Shown here: piece by piece, positions 38,525 to 47,950 of the stretch
Layout: each line of letters opens with the position of its first letter
How positions within the stretch are numbered: position 1 is the stretch's first letter
Assembly: GCA_963816145.1 (NCBI GenBank)
Contig: CAWFJP010000029.1
Location: forward strand, 192,001 to 256,000
Length of the DNA stretch: 64,000 nucleotides
Source of the DNA: an uncultured delta proteobacterium
GTDB lineage: Bacteria > Desulfobacterota > Binatia > UBA9968
Reading direction: 5' to 3'
The notes under the pieces: generated by a model
What the model saw: only the letters and a program-made list of their open reading frames with translations
Told to the model about the DNA's origin: nothing
The model's database searches: none
Made by a program: the position numbers and the translations under genes

Positions 38525-39331
38525 ATGCCCACCGTACGCACCAACGACGCTGAGATCTACTACGAAACTCACGGCCAAGGGCAGCCGTTTCTGTTTTTTA
38601 GCGAGACCGCTTGCGACGGGCAGATCTGGAAACTTTTTCAGGTGCCGGAATTTGCCAAGGATCACACGGTGATTGTCCACGATTACCGCGGCACTGGCAG
38701 GTCGAGTAAGCCGCCCATCGATTACACGACCAAAATGTTTTGCGACGACGCCGTGGCGCTACTCGATCACTTGAACGTTAAAGATGCCATCGTGCTTGGC
38801 CACTCGATGGGCGGACGAGTGGCGCAATTGCTCGCGTTGGATCATCCGCAGCGGGTGAAAAAGTTGATCCTCGCCTCCACCGGCGCGTCGTTTCCCGGCG
38901 GCGCCGGCCTGCCGTTGCAGATGTGCAAAGAAATGATCGAGTGGGGCTATGAGAAGTATGTGCGCGAGCATACCGTCCAAGTCGGTTTCACAGACGAATT
39001 CGTCAAGAGCCGGCCGGAGCGGCTGGAGGCGTTCTTTCGCCAGCGATTGGCAAATATCTGCCCGGTGGAGTTCTACCTGCGCCATGTGCTGTCGCGCCAA
39101 GGACATGACACAAGCAGCAGGCTCAAGGATATTCGCATGCCGACGCTGGTGATGGTCGGCGAGCTGGAGGGCGACCCGAACGTCGTCATGACCCATCGAA
39201 TGTCATCCGATATTCTCGCCAAGGGAATTCCCAACGCAAAATTCGTCATGCTGCCGAAGCAAAAACATAACTACTTCACCAGCGATACGGAAACTGTGCA
39301 CCGGGTGATTCGTGAGTTTCTGGCGCAATAG
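38525..39331 (+). CDS. Alpha/beta fold hydrolase, paralog 2
   Basis: DYRGTGRS, GHSMGG, PTLVMVG, KHNY; tandem paralog of 37660-38469. Confidence 0.92.
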   Translation: MPTVRTNDAEIYYETHGQGQPFLFFSETACDGQIWKLFQVPEFAKDHTVIVHDYRGTGRSSKPPIDYTTKMFCDDAVALLDHLNVKDAIVLGHSMGGRVAQLLALDHPQRVKKLILASTGASFPGGAGLPLQMCKEMIEWGYEKYVREHTVQVGFTDEFVKSRPERLEAFFRQRLANICPVEFYLRHVLSRQGHDTSSRLKDIRMPTLVMVGELEGDPNVVMTHRMSSDILAKGIPNAKFVMLPKQKHNYFTSDTETVHRVIREFLAQ

Positions 39332-39357
39332 GGCCAGCCCGATCTCCGATGGACGGT

Positions 39358-39778
39358 TCCTCCCTTTGGCAAAGGGAGGTTAGGAGGGATTTTCCACAAA
39401 GTGATAGATCGCCTCCAGCACGGAGTCTGTCTCTAGCAACACTTGTCGGTCGTCAAAACGAATGACTTTCAATCCTTGCTCCTCCAGATCCCTGGTCCGT
39501 TGAGCGTCGTAGTTTGCTTGTCCGCGTTCCAAATGCTGAGCGCCGTCGAGCTCGATGACTAGTTTTGCCGCCGGTGCATAAAAGTCAGCGATGTAGTTGC
39601 CGATAGGCTTTTGCCTGTAGAATTGTACGCCGCGAATTTGTCTTCGCCGCAGGCGGGACGACAAATGAAGTTCGGCATCGGTTGGTTTGGCACGCAAGGC
39701 GCGAGCTTTGGCCTTGAGCCTTCGATTGTATGTCAACACCTGGCAAATCCCCCCGGTCCCCCCTTTTCAAAGGGGGGT
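39358..39778. mobile_element. Palindromic element family C, filled form enclosing a DUF559 gene
   Basis: Left arm cctccctttggcaaagggaggttaggagggatttt and right arm aaatccccccggtcccccttttcaaagggggg mirror the empty element at 31918-32005. Confidence 0.6.
39380..39739 (-). CDS. DUF559 / Vsr-like endonuclease domain protein
   Basis: ARALR..PTDAE, FYRQKPIGNYIADFY, LVIELDGAQH, YDAQRT..LEEQGLKVIRF. Confidence 0.9.
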   Translation of the reverse strand: MLTYNRRLKAKARALRAKPTDAELHLSSRLRRRQIRGVQFYRQKPIGNYIADFYAPAAKLVIELDGAQHLERGQANYDAQRTRDLEEQGLKVIRFDDRQVLLETDSVLEAIYHFVENPS

Positions 39779-39843
39779 GAAACCCGTAACAACAGCGTTC
39801 CTTACCAAAATTCACCCATTCGATTGGGCGAAGAGCGGTAAAA

Positions 39844-40173
39844 TTATAGATGAACAAACGCCCTCACCCAATTTTTTGGCAGTGCAGTGTGGCCTTGGCC
39901 GGTGACGTCTTCGGCCAAGAAGACATCGCCAGGACCGAAGGTTTTTTTCGTGCCGTCGCCGATGCCGATCTCACAGGTGCCGGACAGCGTGATGCACCAT
40001 TGACGCCGCGGCGCGTTGTGCCAGCCGTGCAGATCGTCGCGGTTCTGATCGTTCTTGAACATCAATGCTTTGACCGTAATTGCGCTTTGAAAGAGTTTCG
40101 CGCCTTCGCTCTGATCGAGCTCCTCGAAGTGAGATTTGCCATCGTCGCCGGTATACATTCGACAAAATTGCAT
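39844..40173 (-). CDS. Small cupin-fold protein
   Basis: YTGDDGKSHF, WHNAPRRQ, GPGDVFLAEDVTGQGH; GGAGG RBS. Confidence 0.85.
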   Translation of the reverse strand: MQFCRMYTGDDGKSHFEELDQSEGAKLFQSAITVKALMFKNDQNRDDLHGWHNAPRRQWCITLSGTCEIGIGDGTKKTFGPGDVFLAEDVTGQGHTALPKNWVRAFVHL

Positions 40174-40307
40174 AAAGCCTCCAATGCTAAATGTGTTCTA
40201 GCCTTTAGCAGTATTCCATTTAGTTTTCCAAGCTAACTCATTTAGTTCATTGACAGCGATGCTCGGGCGGGGTAGCAAGATCAAACGTTATTGAAAGCGG
40301 GGGAGAA

Positions 40308-41043
40308 ATGGCGGATACCAACTGGGAAACTACTTGGGGCGACAAAAAGTTTGTCGAGGACTGGGCAAGCAAGGGGAGCTGGCAGGCGCCGATTCGGAAT
40401 GTTCAAACCGCGATGGTGCTGCGCATGATCCCGCAGCCGATCGATGCGCCGATCCGGGTCTTGGATGTCGGCGCCGGCTATGGCGCGCTGGCGGCGGCAG
40501 TGTTACGGGATCGTCCTAATGCGACAGCGGTCTGTCTCGACGCTTCGGAAGCGATGCTGGATCTCGGTCCGGCAAAAAATCCTGATCTGAAGCATCGCAT
40601 GACCTTTGTTCAAGCATCGCTTGAGTCACCGGATTGGCTCAAGCTCGGTGGATGGCACCTTCGATGCGGTGGTTTCCGCGCGCGCGCTGCATCACTTTAC
40701 TGAAAATCAACGCCGCCGTGCGATCTTCAAAGAAATTTTCGACTTGGTGCGCAGCGGCGGCGGTTTCATCAACGCCGACAACGTGCGCGGCGCTAGCAAG
40801 AGCCTAAGTGAGCGATATCGGTGTGCTCGGGATGAATATCTTGACCGCTATGTCAGGGAGTCGAGCGGCGGCAAGACCAATCTGGCCGAGGCCAAAGCGG
40901 CGACGCCGAGCAGTTATCATGGACCGCATAACAACGGCCTTCTCGAAGAAGAGTTGGCCTGGCTGCGCGAAGCCGGGTTTCACGATGTCGATTGCTTTTG
41001 GAAGTTTACCACGACGGTGGTGTATGGCGGATTCAAACCGTGA
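40308..41043 (+). CDS. Class I SAM-dependent methyltransferase (frameshift near 40645)
   Basis: VLDVGAGYG in one frame; FDAVVSARALHH...WLREAGFHDVDCFWK in another. Confidence 0.8.
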
Positions 41044-41094
41044 TTCGTTCAAACCGTTCAAAAAGTTCAAATCGTTTTCGGACGGCTCGCGTGC

Positions 41095-41844
41095 CTATAA
41101 CGTCGCTTTGAACCGTAGACGGACATAGTCGGCGTACCAGTTGTCGTCCGGTTTCTGCAGCTTCGGTTGGAGTTGCGCGCGAACTTCATCTAAAAATTCT
41201 GCTCGTTGGGACTCTGCCACAGCTTTACTGAACGGTTGAGCGAAGACTTCGAGCCAGTCGAGAATATCTCCCGGTAATTTTGTCGGGCGCGGGATCAATT
41301 CGACATAGTCGACCGTGAAGCCATGGCGATTCAACAGCCCCGTGTACTCTTGCGGGTCGGCGTAGTACCACGGGTCGACGGCCCATGGATCGATGCTGCG
41401 GTTTCGCAGAGCGCTGTGCAACGCCTGACGGATGGTTTCGACATTGCCTTTGCCGCCGAACTCGCCGACGAAACGGCCGCCGGGTTTGAGAGCAGCGGCG
41501 ACCCCTTCGACAACTTTCTCCGCTTGTTTCATCCAGTGCAGCGCGGCGTTGGTGAAGACCGCGTCGAAGCGGCGCTTTAGACCAGTTTGCTGGCCATCCA
41601 TGACAAAGACGGTTGCGCCGCGATTTCGCGCGGCTAGAAGTTGAGCTAGGCTGGTATCGCAGCCGTATACTGTGCAGCCGGCGGCGAGGATCTTTTCGGT
41701 CAAAGCGCCGTCGCCGCAACCGAGATCTAAAATAGTTTCGCCGGGCTTGCCGGCGAGCAACTCGAGCAAGGGCTCGCCGAGGTCGGAAACGAAACGCGCG
41801 TTCGTGGCGTAGCTAGCCGGGTTCCATGTGGTTGTATGGGTCAT
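41095..41844 (-). CDS. Class I SAM-dependent methyltransferase (Tam-like)
   Basis: ILDLGCGDG, FDAVFTNAALHW, LKPGGRFVGEFGG, ADYVRLRF. Confidence 0.9.
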   Translation of the reverse strand: MTHTTTWNPASYATNARFVSDLGEPLLELLAGKPGETILDLGCGDGALTEKILAAGCTVYGCDTSLAQLLAARNRGATVFVMDGQQTGLKRRFDAVFTNAALHWMKQAEKVVEGVAAALKPGGRFVGEFGGKGNVETIRQALHSALRNRSIDPWAVDPWYYADPQEYTGLLNRHGFTVDYVELIPRPTKLPGDILDWLEVFAQPFSKAVAESQRAEFLDEVRAQLQPKLQKPDDNWYADYVRLRFKATL

Positions 41845-41916
41845 GTACAGCAAAATTATCATTTCTCAACTATCTTGAAAAACCGAAATATCACCGTAGT
41901 CTGACCCATATAGCTT

Positions 41917-43113
41917 ATGGCAACCAAGGACGCGGATCTTTCATCACTGCGCATCAACCGGTCGTCTCCAGATGCACAATCGCCACGTAAATCACGCTCT
42001 TACGGCAAATTATTCATTTGGCTGTTGGTATTCATTGCGTTACTTGTCGCTGGGATTTTTTTGAAGGGGCTATTCGACCCCGGCGTCGAGGTGCAACTAG
42101 CGACGGCATCGATGAGTTCACCGTCGCAAGCCAATGCCGTGCTCACGGCTAGCGGTTATGTGGTGGCACGGCGCAAAGCGGCGGTGGCGTCAAAAGGCAC
42201 CGGTACGCTGGTTTTTCTCGGCGTCGATGAGGGCGACAAGGTTAAAAAAGGCCAGATCATCGCCCGGCTCGAGGATAGCGACGTTGCGGCTTCACTGGAG
42301 CGGGCGCGGGAAAATTTACGGGTCGCCGAAGCTGATCTGAACGAGGCCAAGCAGAGTCTGGAACGGACGCGCATCTTGCTTAAGCAAGAACTGGTCGCGC
42401 AGGCCGATTACGATCTTGCCGAGGCGCGCTACAAACGCGTGGTTGCGACCATCGACGCGGCGAAGTTCGCTGTGAAAGAGGCGCAGGTCGCGGTCGACAA
42501 CACGCGCATCATCGCGCCGTTCGACGGCACCGTGCTGAAAAAAAATGCTGATGTCGGCGAAATCGTCGCGCCGCTGGCCGGCGCGGCGAGCTCCAAAGCA
42601 GCGGTGGTTACGATCGCCGACATGTCGTCGTTGGAAGTCGATGCCGATGTTTCCGAGGCCAACATCACACGGGTGACTCCCGAGCAAGCCTGCGAAATAA
42701 CCCTGGACGCCTATCCGCAGCAGCGTTATCCCGGATACGTGACCAAAATCGTCCCGACCGCTGACCGTGCCAAGGCGACGGTAATGGTCAAGATCAAGTT
42801 TCGCGAGTACGACCAGAAAGTCTTGCCGGAGATGAGCGCGAAAATCTCCTTTCTTGCCGCCGGCGCCGGTAACAGCCCCGCCCAATCGAAAGCATTGCTG
42901 ACCGTGCCGGCGACCGCGGTGGCGACCCGCAACGGCCGCACGGTGGTCTATCAGATCCGCGACGATCGCGCCGTCGAAGTTCCCGTGACAACGGGACAGA
43001 AGCTCGCCGGTTTGATCGAAATCACCGACGGTCTCAAAGACGGCGACAAGGTCGTCAGCAAGGTCGACGATCGCCTCGCGGCCGGCGTGAAAGTTAGTCA
43101 AAAGACCAAGTAG
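41917..43113 (+). CDS. Periplasmic adaptor subunit (MacA/HlyD-like)
   Basis: N-terminal TM; ASGYVVARR, EGDKVKKGQ, IIAPFDG, PEMSA. Confidence 0.92.
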   Translation: MATKDADLSSLRINRSSPDAQSPRKSRSYGKLFIWLLVFIALLVAGIFLKGLFDPGVEVQLATASMSSPSQANAVLTASGYVVARRKAAVASKGTGTLVFLGVDEGDKVKKGQIIARLEDSDVAASLERARENLRVAEADLNEAKQSLERTRILLKQELVAQADYDLAEARYKRVVATIDAAKFAVKEAQVAVDNTRIIAPFDGTVLKKNADVGEIVAPLAGAASSKAAVVTIADMSSLEVDADVSEANITRVTPEQACEITLDAYPQQRYPGYVTKIVPTADRAKATVMVKIKFREYDQKVLPEMSAKISFLAAGAGNSPAQSKALLTVPATAVATRNGRTVVYQIRDDRAVEVPVTTGQKLAGLIEITDGLKDGDKVVSKVDDRLAAGVKVSQKTK

Positions 43114-43125
43114 CCGCGCCGCACC

Positions 43126-43800
43126 ATGGCCGCTCCATTCATCCAGGTCCAAGATCTCTATAAATCGTACCAGCGTGACAGCCTGGAGATTCCGGTCTTG
43201 CGCAATATCAATTTAGCGATCAACGAAGGCGATTTTGTCGCCTTCATGGGGCCGTCGGGCTCGGGCAAGACCACGCTGCTCAATTTGATTGCCGGTATCG
43301 ACAAGCCGACCTCGGGGAAAATTCTCATCGCCGACATCGATGTGACCGAACTGAACGAAAGCGAGTTGGCGGTCTGGCGGTCGCGCAATGTCGGCTTTAT
43401 TTTCCAATTTTACAACCTGATCCCGGTCTTGACCGCACTGGAGAATGTCGAACTGCCGTTGATCTTGACGCCGCTGTCGAAGAAGGAACGGCGCGCCCAT
43501 GCAGAGATGGCGCTGGCGGTGGTTGGTTTGACTGATCGGTTGAATCACTATCCGCGTCAACTCTCCGGCGGCCAGGAACAAAGAGTTGCCATCGCCCGCG
43601 CCATCGCCACCGATCCGGTAATTTTGGTCGCCGACGAGCCCACCGGCGATCTCGACAAAGCGTCCGCCGAAGAAGTGCTCGAACTCATGGATCGGCTCAA
43701 TCGCGAACTCAACAAAACCATTCTGATGGTCACCCACGATCCGCGCGCCGCCGAGCGGGCGCGCTCGACGCGCCATCTCGAGAAGGGGGAATTGGCGTAG
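43126..43800 (+). CDS. ABC transporter ATP-binding protein (LolD/MacB-like)
   Basis: GPSGSGKT, LSGGQEQR, ADEPTGDLD, VTHD. Confidence 0.95.
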   Translation: MAAPFIQVQDLYKSYQRDSLEIPVLRNINLAINEGDFVAFMGPSGSGKTTLLNLIAGIDKPTSGKILIADIDVTELNESELAVWRSRNVGFIFQFYNLIPVLTALENVELPLILTPLSKKERRAHAEMALAVVGLTDRLNHYPRQLSGGQEQRVAIARAIATDPVILVADEPTGDLDKASAEEVLELMDRLNRELNKTILMVTHDPRAAERARSTRHLEKGELA

Positions 43801-43802
43801 GG

Positions 43803-43930
43803 GGAATGGATAATGGATAATGGAGAATTGAGAATGTTTGTGGGTGCTATTGTGAGCCTGTGAACTTTTCCCTTCGCTCATGATGGTGTCGACCCCGAAC
43901 GCCTTACGCCTTACCCTTTACCCCTAACGA
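43803..43930. repeat. 7-mer tandem repeats in intergenic spacer
   Basis: gaatgga taatgga taatgga gaattga gaatg ... ccttacg ccttacc ctttacc cctaacg. Confidence 0.6.
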
Positions 43931-43935
43931 ATCTT

Positions 43936-45096
43936 ATGGAGCTTGTTCGACTTCTCTTTCGTAACGTCTTGCGCCACAAGCTGCGCGGCATGCTGACGAT
44001 TGTCGGCGTCGGTGTGGCGGTGATGGCGTTTGCTTTGCTCCAGACCGTGGTGGGCGCCTGGTATGCCGGCGTCGAAGCGTCCGCCGCCAACCGGCTGATC
44101 ACGCGCCACGCGGTGTCGTTCGTCTTTACCTTGCCGCTCGCCTATCGCGACCGCATCGCCCAGGTTCCCGGCGTCAACAAGGTAACCTTTGCCAACTGGT
44201 TCTCCGGAGTCTACATCGACAAAAACCAATTTTTCGCTCGATTGGCCGTCGACTCCGATAGCTTCTTCGACGTCTACCCTGAGTTCGTGGTGCCGCCGGA
44301 GCAGTTCGAAGTCTTCAAGCGCGAGCGCAACGCGGCGATCATCGGTATCGACATCGCCAAACGCTACAACTTGAAAATCGGCGACATTATGCCGCTCGAA
44401 GGCGACGTGTATCCCGGCCAGTGGGAGTTCGTCGTGCGCGGCATCTATGAGCCGCGCGACCAGACCACCGACCCGACGACCATGATGTTTCACTACAAAT
44501 ATCTGGACGAGCGGGTGCGCCAGGACATGCCGCAGCGCGCCGGCGAGATCGGCTGGTACGTTGTGCGCATCGACGATCCGGAAAACTCGGCGGCGATTTC
44601 TCAGGAAATCGACAAGCTATTCGCCAATTCCCGTGCCGAAACCAAGACCGAAACCGAGCGGGCTTTTCAGCAGGGTTTTCTCTCCGCGGCGAGCGCGATT
44701 ATCACCGCGATGAATATCATGTCGTTTGTCATCATCGGCATCATTCTCCTGGTAGTTGGCAATACCATGATCATGTCGGCGCGCGAACGCACCCATGAGT
44801 TCGCCGTCTTGAAAGCGCTGGGGTTCACCGCCAGACAATTGTTTTTTCTGATCGCCGGCGAGTCGATTTTGCTGGCCCTGTTCGGCAGTGCGCTCGGCCT
44901 TGCGGTGACCTTTCCCGCGGTCGCGGGATTTGAAACCGCGCTGCCCAAAGGGTGGTTTCCGGTGTTCTACATCAAGCCGGAGACTGTGGTGATAGGCTGC
45001 GCTGCAGGACTGTTCGTCGGTGCTCTGGCGGCAATCATACCTTTGCACCGGGTGCTGTCGACGCGCATCGTCGAGGGATTGCGCCATGTCGGCTAG
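43936..45096 (+). CDS. ABC transporter permease (MacB/FtsX family)
   Basis: RERTHEFAVLKALGF; one N-terminal and three C-terminal TMs around a large periplasmic domain. Confidence 0.92.
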   Translation: MELVRLLFRNVLRHKLRGMLTIVGVGVAVMAFALLQTVVGAWYAGVEASAANRLITRHAVSFVFTLPLAYRDRIAQVPGVNKVTFANWFSGVYIDKNQFFARLAVDSDSFFDVYPEFVVPPEQFEVFKRERNAAIIGIDIAKRYNLKIGDIMPLEGDVYPGQWEFVVRGIYEPRDQTTDPTTMMFHYKYLDERVRQDMPQRAGEIGWYVVRIDDPENSAAISQEIDKLFANSRAETKTETERAFQQGFLSAASAIITAMNIMSFVIIGIILLVVGNTMIMSARERTHEFAVLKALGFTARQLFFLIAGESILLALFGSALGLAVTFPAVAGFETALPKGWFPVFYIKPETVVIGCAAGLFVGALAAIIPLHRVLSTRIVEGLRHVG

Positions 45097-45151
45097 CGGA
45101 AGAGGCTGCTCAGGTCTTTGTGCGAATGTTGTGTTCAGTGCCATTGGTTTA

Positions 45152-45234
45152 TTCACCACGAAGGACACGAAGATCACGAAGTTCGGAGAAAAAAGTATCC
45201 GAAACCTTCGTGTCCTTCGCGCCTTCGTTGTGAA
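45152..45234. repeat. Palindromic element family A
   Basis: ttcaccacgaaggacacgaagatcacgaag...cttcgtgtccttcgcgccttcgttgtgaa. Confidence 0.85.
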
Positions 45235-45266
45235 AACATCTTCACGGTAAACCCGTAACTACCGCT

Positions 45267-46442
45267 TTGAGTATGCAAATACCGCTGAAGTATATCCTGC
45301 GCAGTTCGGTTTCGCGCCGCTTGACCACGGCCATTACGGTCGTCGGCATCGCGCTGGTGGTGTTCGTGTTCACGGCGGTGTTGATGATGGCTAACGGCGT
45401 GCAGAAGACATTGCGCTCGACCGGTTCGGATGACAACCTTTTGGTCGCCCGCAAGGCCGCCATGAGCGAGATTATGAGCATCATGGACCGGGAAGCGGCG
45501 GGGATCATCGTCAATCTGCCGCAGGTGGCGCGCGCCGCCGACGGCGCGCCGATGAGCTCCAAAGAAGTGGTGGTGATCATCAACTTGAACAAGCTCGGCG
45601 GCGACGGCATCAGCAACGTCACGGTGCGCGGCGTCGAGGAGGCGGCGTTTCAGTTGCGCCCGCAGGTTAAAATCGTCGAGGGCAGAATGTTTCGCTGGGG
45701 CGCGCGCGAAGTGATCGCCGGCGCCGGCATCACCAAGCGCTTTGTCGGCGCGCAGATCGGCGAAAAAATCAAGTTCGGCGGCGATGTCTGGACCGTAGTC
45801 GGGCTGTTCGACGCCAACGGTAGCGGCTTCGATTCCGAATTGTGGGGTGATCTGAATCAGATCGCCGATGCCTTCAGGCGTTCGTCGTTCTCCACCGTAA
45901 CGGTGCGGATGAAAGATCCTGACGATCTTGCCGGCATCACGCGTGCCTTCGAAGGTGACAACCGCTTGCAGTATTTTGTGGCGAAAAGGGAGAAAAAATA
46001 TTTTGAAGAACAGTCGGAGATGATGGCGACCTTCATCCGCATTCTCGGCATCTTCATCACGGTCATCTTTAGCACGGGTTCGACCATTGGCGCGATGATC
46101 ACCATGTACGGTTCAGTGGCGAATCGAACGACGGAGATCGGCACATTGCGGGCACTGGGGTTTTTCCGGCGCAGTATACTTCTGGCGTTCTTGCTTGAAT
46201 CTTTGAGCCTCGCGCTTGCCGGCGGGCTGCTCGGCCTCGGCATCGCCTCGGTGCTGCAGTTCTTTACCATCTCGACGCTCAACTTTGGATCCTTCTCCGA
46301 ACTGGCGTTCTCGTTCGCCCTGTCGCCGTCGATCGTTGCGTCGGCGCTGGGATTCTCGCTGCTGATGGGCTTGATCGGCGGCTTCCTACCGGCGCTGCGG
46401 GCGGCACGGCTGGATATCATACAGGCTTTGCGCGCGGTGTGA
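45267..46442 (+). CDS. ABC transporter permease (MacB/FtsX family), second subunit
   Basis: NRTTEIGTLRALGF, GGFLPALRAARL. Confidence 0.92.
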   Translation: MSMQIPLKYILRSSVSRRLTTAITVVGIALVVFVFTAVLMMANGVQKTLRSTGSDDNLLVARKAAMSEIMSIMDREAAGIIVNLPQVARAADGAPMSSKEVVVIINLNKLGGDGISNVTVRGVEEAAFQLRPQVKIVEGRMFRWGAREVIAGAGITKRFVGAQIGEKIKFGGDVWTVVGLFDANGSGFDSELWGDLNQIADAFRRSSFSTVTVRMKDPDDLAGITRAFEGDNRLQYFVAKREKKYFEEQSEMMATFIRILGIFITVIFSTGSTIGAMITMYGSVANRTTEIGTLRALGFFRRSILLAFLLESLSLALAGGLLGLGIASVLQFFTISTLNFGSFSELAFSFALSPSIVASALGFSLLMGLIGGFLPALRAARLDIIQALRAV

Positions 46443-46583
46443 TGCGATTCGGAATATCTCCCGCAAAGACGCACAGGGCGCAAAGTTCGGAACGGAAAAC
46501 TTGCAACGAAGTGTTCAGGGGGCTTACGCTTGCCTGCAGAGTATGAAATTTTACCCCACACCTTCACCGGTTCATTTAATGAC

Positions 46584-46652
46584 CCGACATGCCGGCGGGG
46601 CCGGCATCCAGGCGAGGGAGGGGATGGATACCGGCTTTCGCCGGTATGACGG
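46584..46652. repeat. REP-like doublet family B
   Basis: gacatgccggcggggccggcatcca...tggataccggctttcgccggtatgac. Confidence 0.8.
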
Positions 46653-46699
46653 AACCCTCGTACCAATTCGTTACCCGGATTGTACCAGCAAATATATTT

Positions 46700-46779
46700 T
46701 CGACGGAGGCGCGCAGGTCAAGAAGGGTTCGGATGACTAAATCGCCGACCTTCGTGCTGTTCGTGTCTTTCGTGGTGAA
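46700..46779. repeat. Palindromic element family A, degenerate left arm
   Basis: Right arm cttcgtgctgttcgtgtctttcgtggtgaa is intact; left arm decayed. Confidence 0.65.
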
Positions 46780-46797
46780 TCGAATCCTGTTTCCTCG

Positions 46798-47373
46798 TTA
46801 GGTCATAAACCCTAAATTCTTCACACTAAAGTTCTGCGGGTTGGGAAACACGCCATCGAGATCGGCGTTGGGCACGCCGAGCCAAGCGGTAAGTGTGGCG
46901 CCGACTTGCTCGATCGCCGTGGTCGGTATCCAACGGCCGCGGGCGTTGCTGCCGGAGTCGGTATCGTCATTGCCGCCCGCGACCAGAGTGGGAAACACGG
47001 TACTGGTGGGTCCGGGGAGACCGTCGAGATCGCCGCCCTTGACGGCGCTGCCGGCGACGATGACATGGCTGCCCCAGGCGTGATCGGAGCCGACGACGCC
47101 GTTGGCCTTACCGGTGCGGCGGAAGTCCGACATCGTGAAGCTGGTCACTTGTCCGTCCACGCCCATGGCAGCGGTAGCATCGTGAAATGCTTTCATCGCT
47201 CCGCTGAGTTGGACCAGCAAGGCAGCGTGTGTTCCCTCGGTCGCGTCGGTGTCGTTGACTTGAGCGTTGTGGGAGTCGAAACCGCCGCTGGAGGAGAAAA
47301 AGATCTGCCGCTTGATGCCTAGGAAATCACCTGCGACATAAACAAATTCCCAAAGCAGTTCCCCGATTAGCAT
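46798..47373 (-). pseudogene. C-terminal fragment of a DUF1501-family protein
   Basis: GGFDSH, MSDFRRT (family S[ED]FGRT), GSDHAWG, RGRWIPTT; no N-terminal half or Tat signal upstream. Confidence 0.75.
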
Positions 47374-47950
47374 GGTTCATTGCCGAGTTTGATTATGCAT
47401 GCACTGATACGTCGCTGACACCACCGCTAATGTTTGCAACGATTCGAGGTGCGTGATAACCGCCGATGGCGACTTCAAGCTTGGGCATGTCTGCGACATC
47501 GGTTCGAGAAAATGGCAAGTTCGCCCGGTAAGGTTTCTGGTGAACCTAGTGTAAACGCCGTTTTCGAGATTTCGACGGAGCTTCCCGGAATAAACGAACG
47601 GTTGCGTGACAGCGGTACGTTGATTGCTCCAAGGGAAAGAGAACCAAGGCAAACATTTTGATGGGCACGGCTTCGCATGTGAAAAGCAATCTAACTGGCA
47701 CCCGGACGCTGTGTGGCACCCCGCTAAGCTCCCTGCGAGCCGTGCCCGTCGCCAAATCTAGACACTCCAACCATGACTGCACCTGACTCCAGGCTGTAGA
47801 AATCAATCTTACGTGCGCGCATCGCGAGATAATTCGTAGACACTTATCATAATTGTGACGAGCCATTGTCCCGGTCCTGCTTATCTCTGCCGAGAGTGAC
47901 CATTTGCAGTCGTCATAGCATTGCGATAGAGGGAGATCAGGAAGTGCCGC

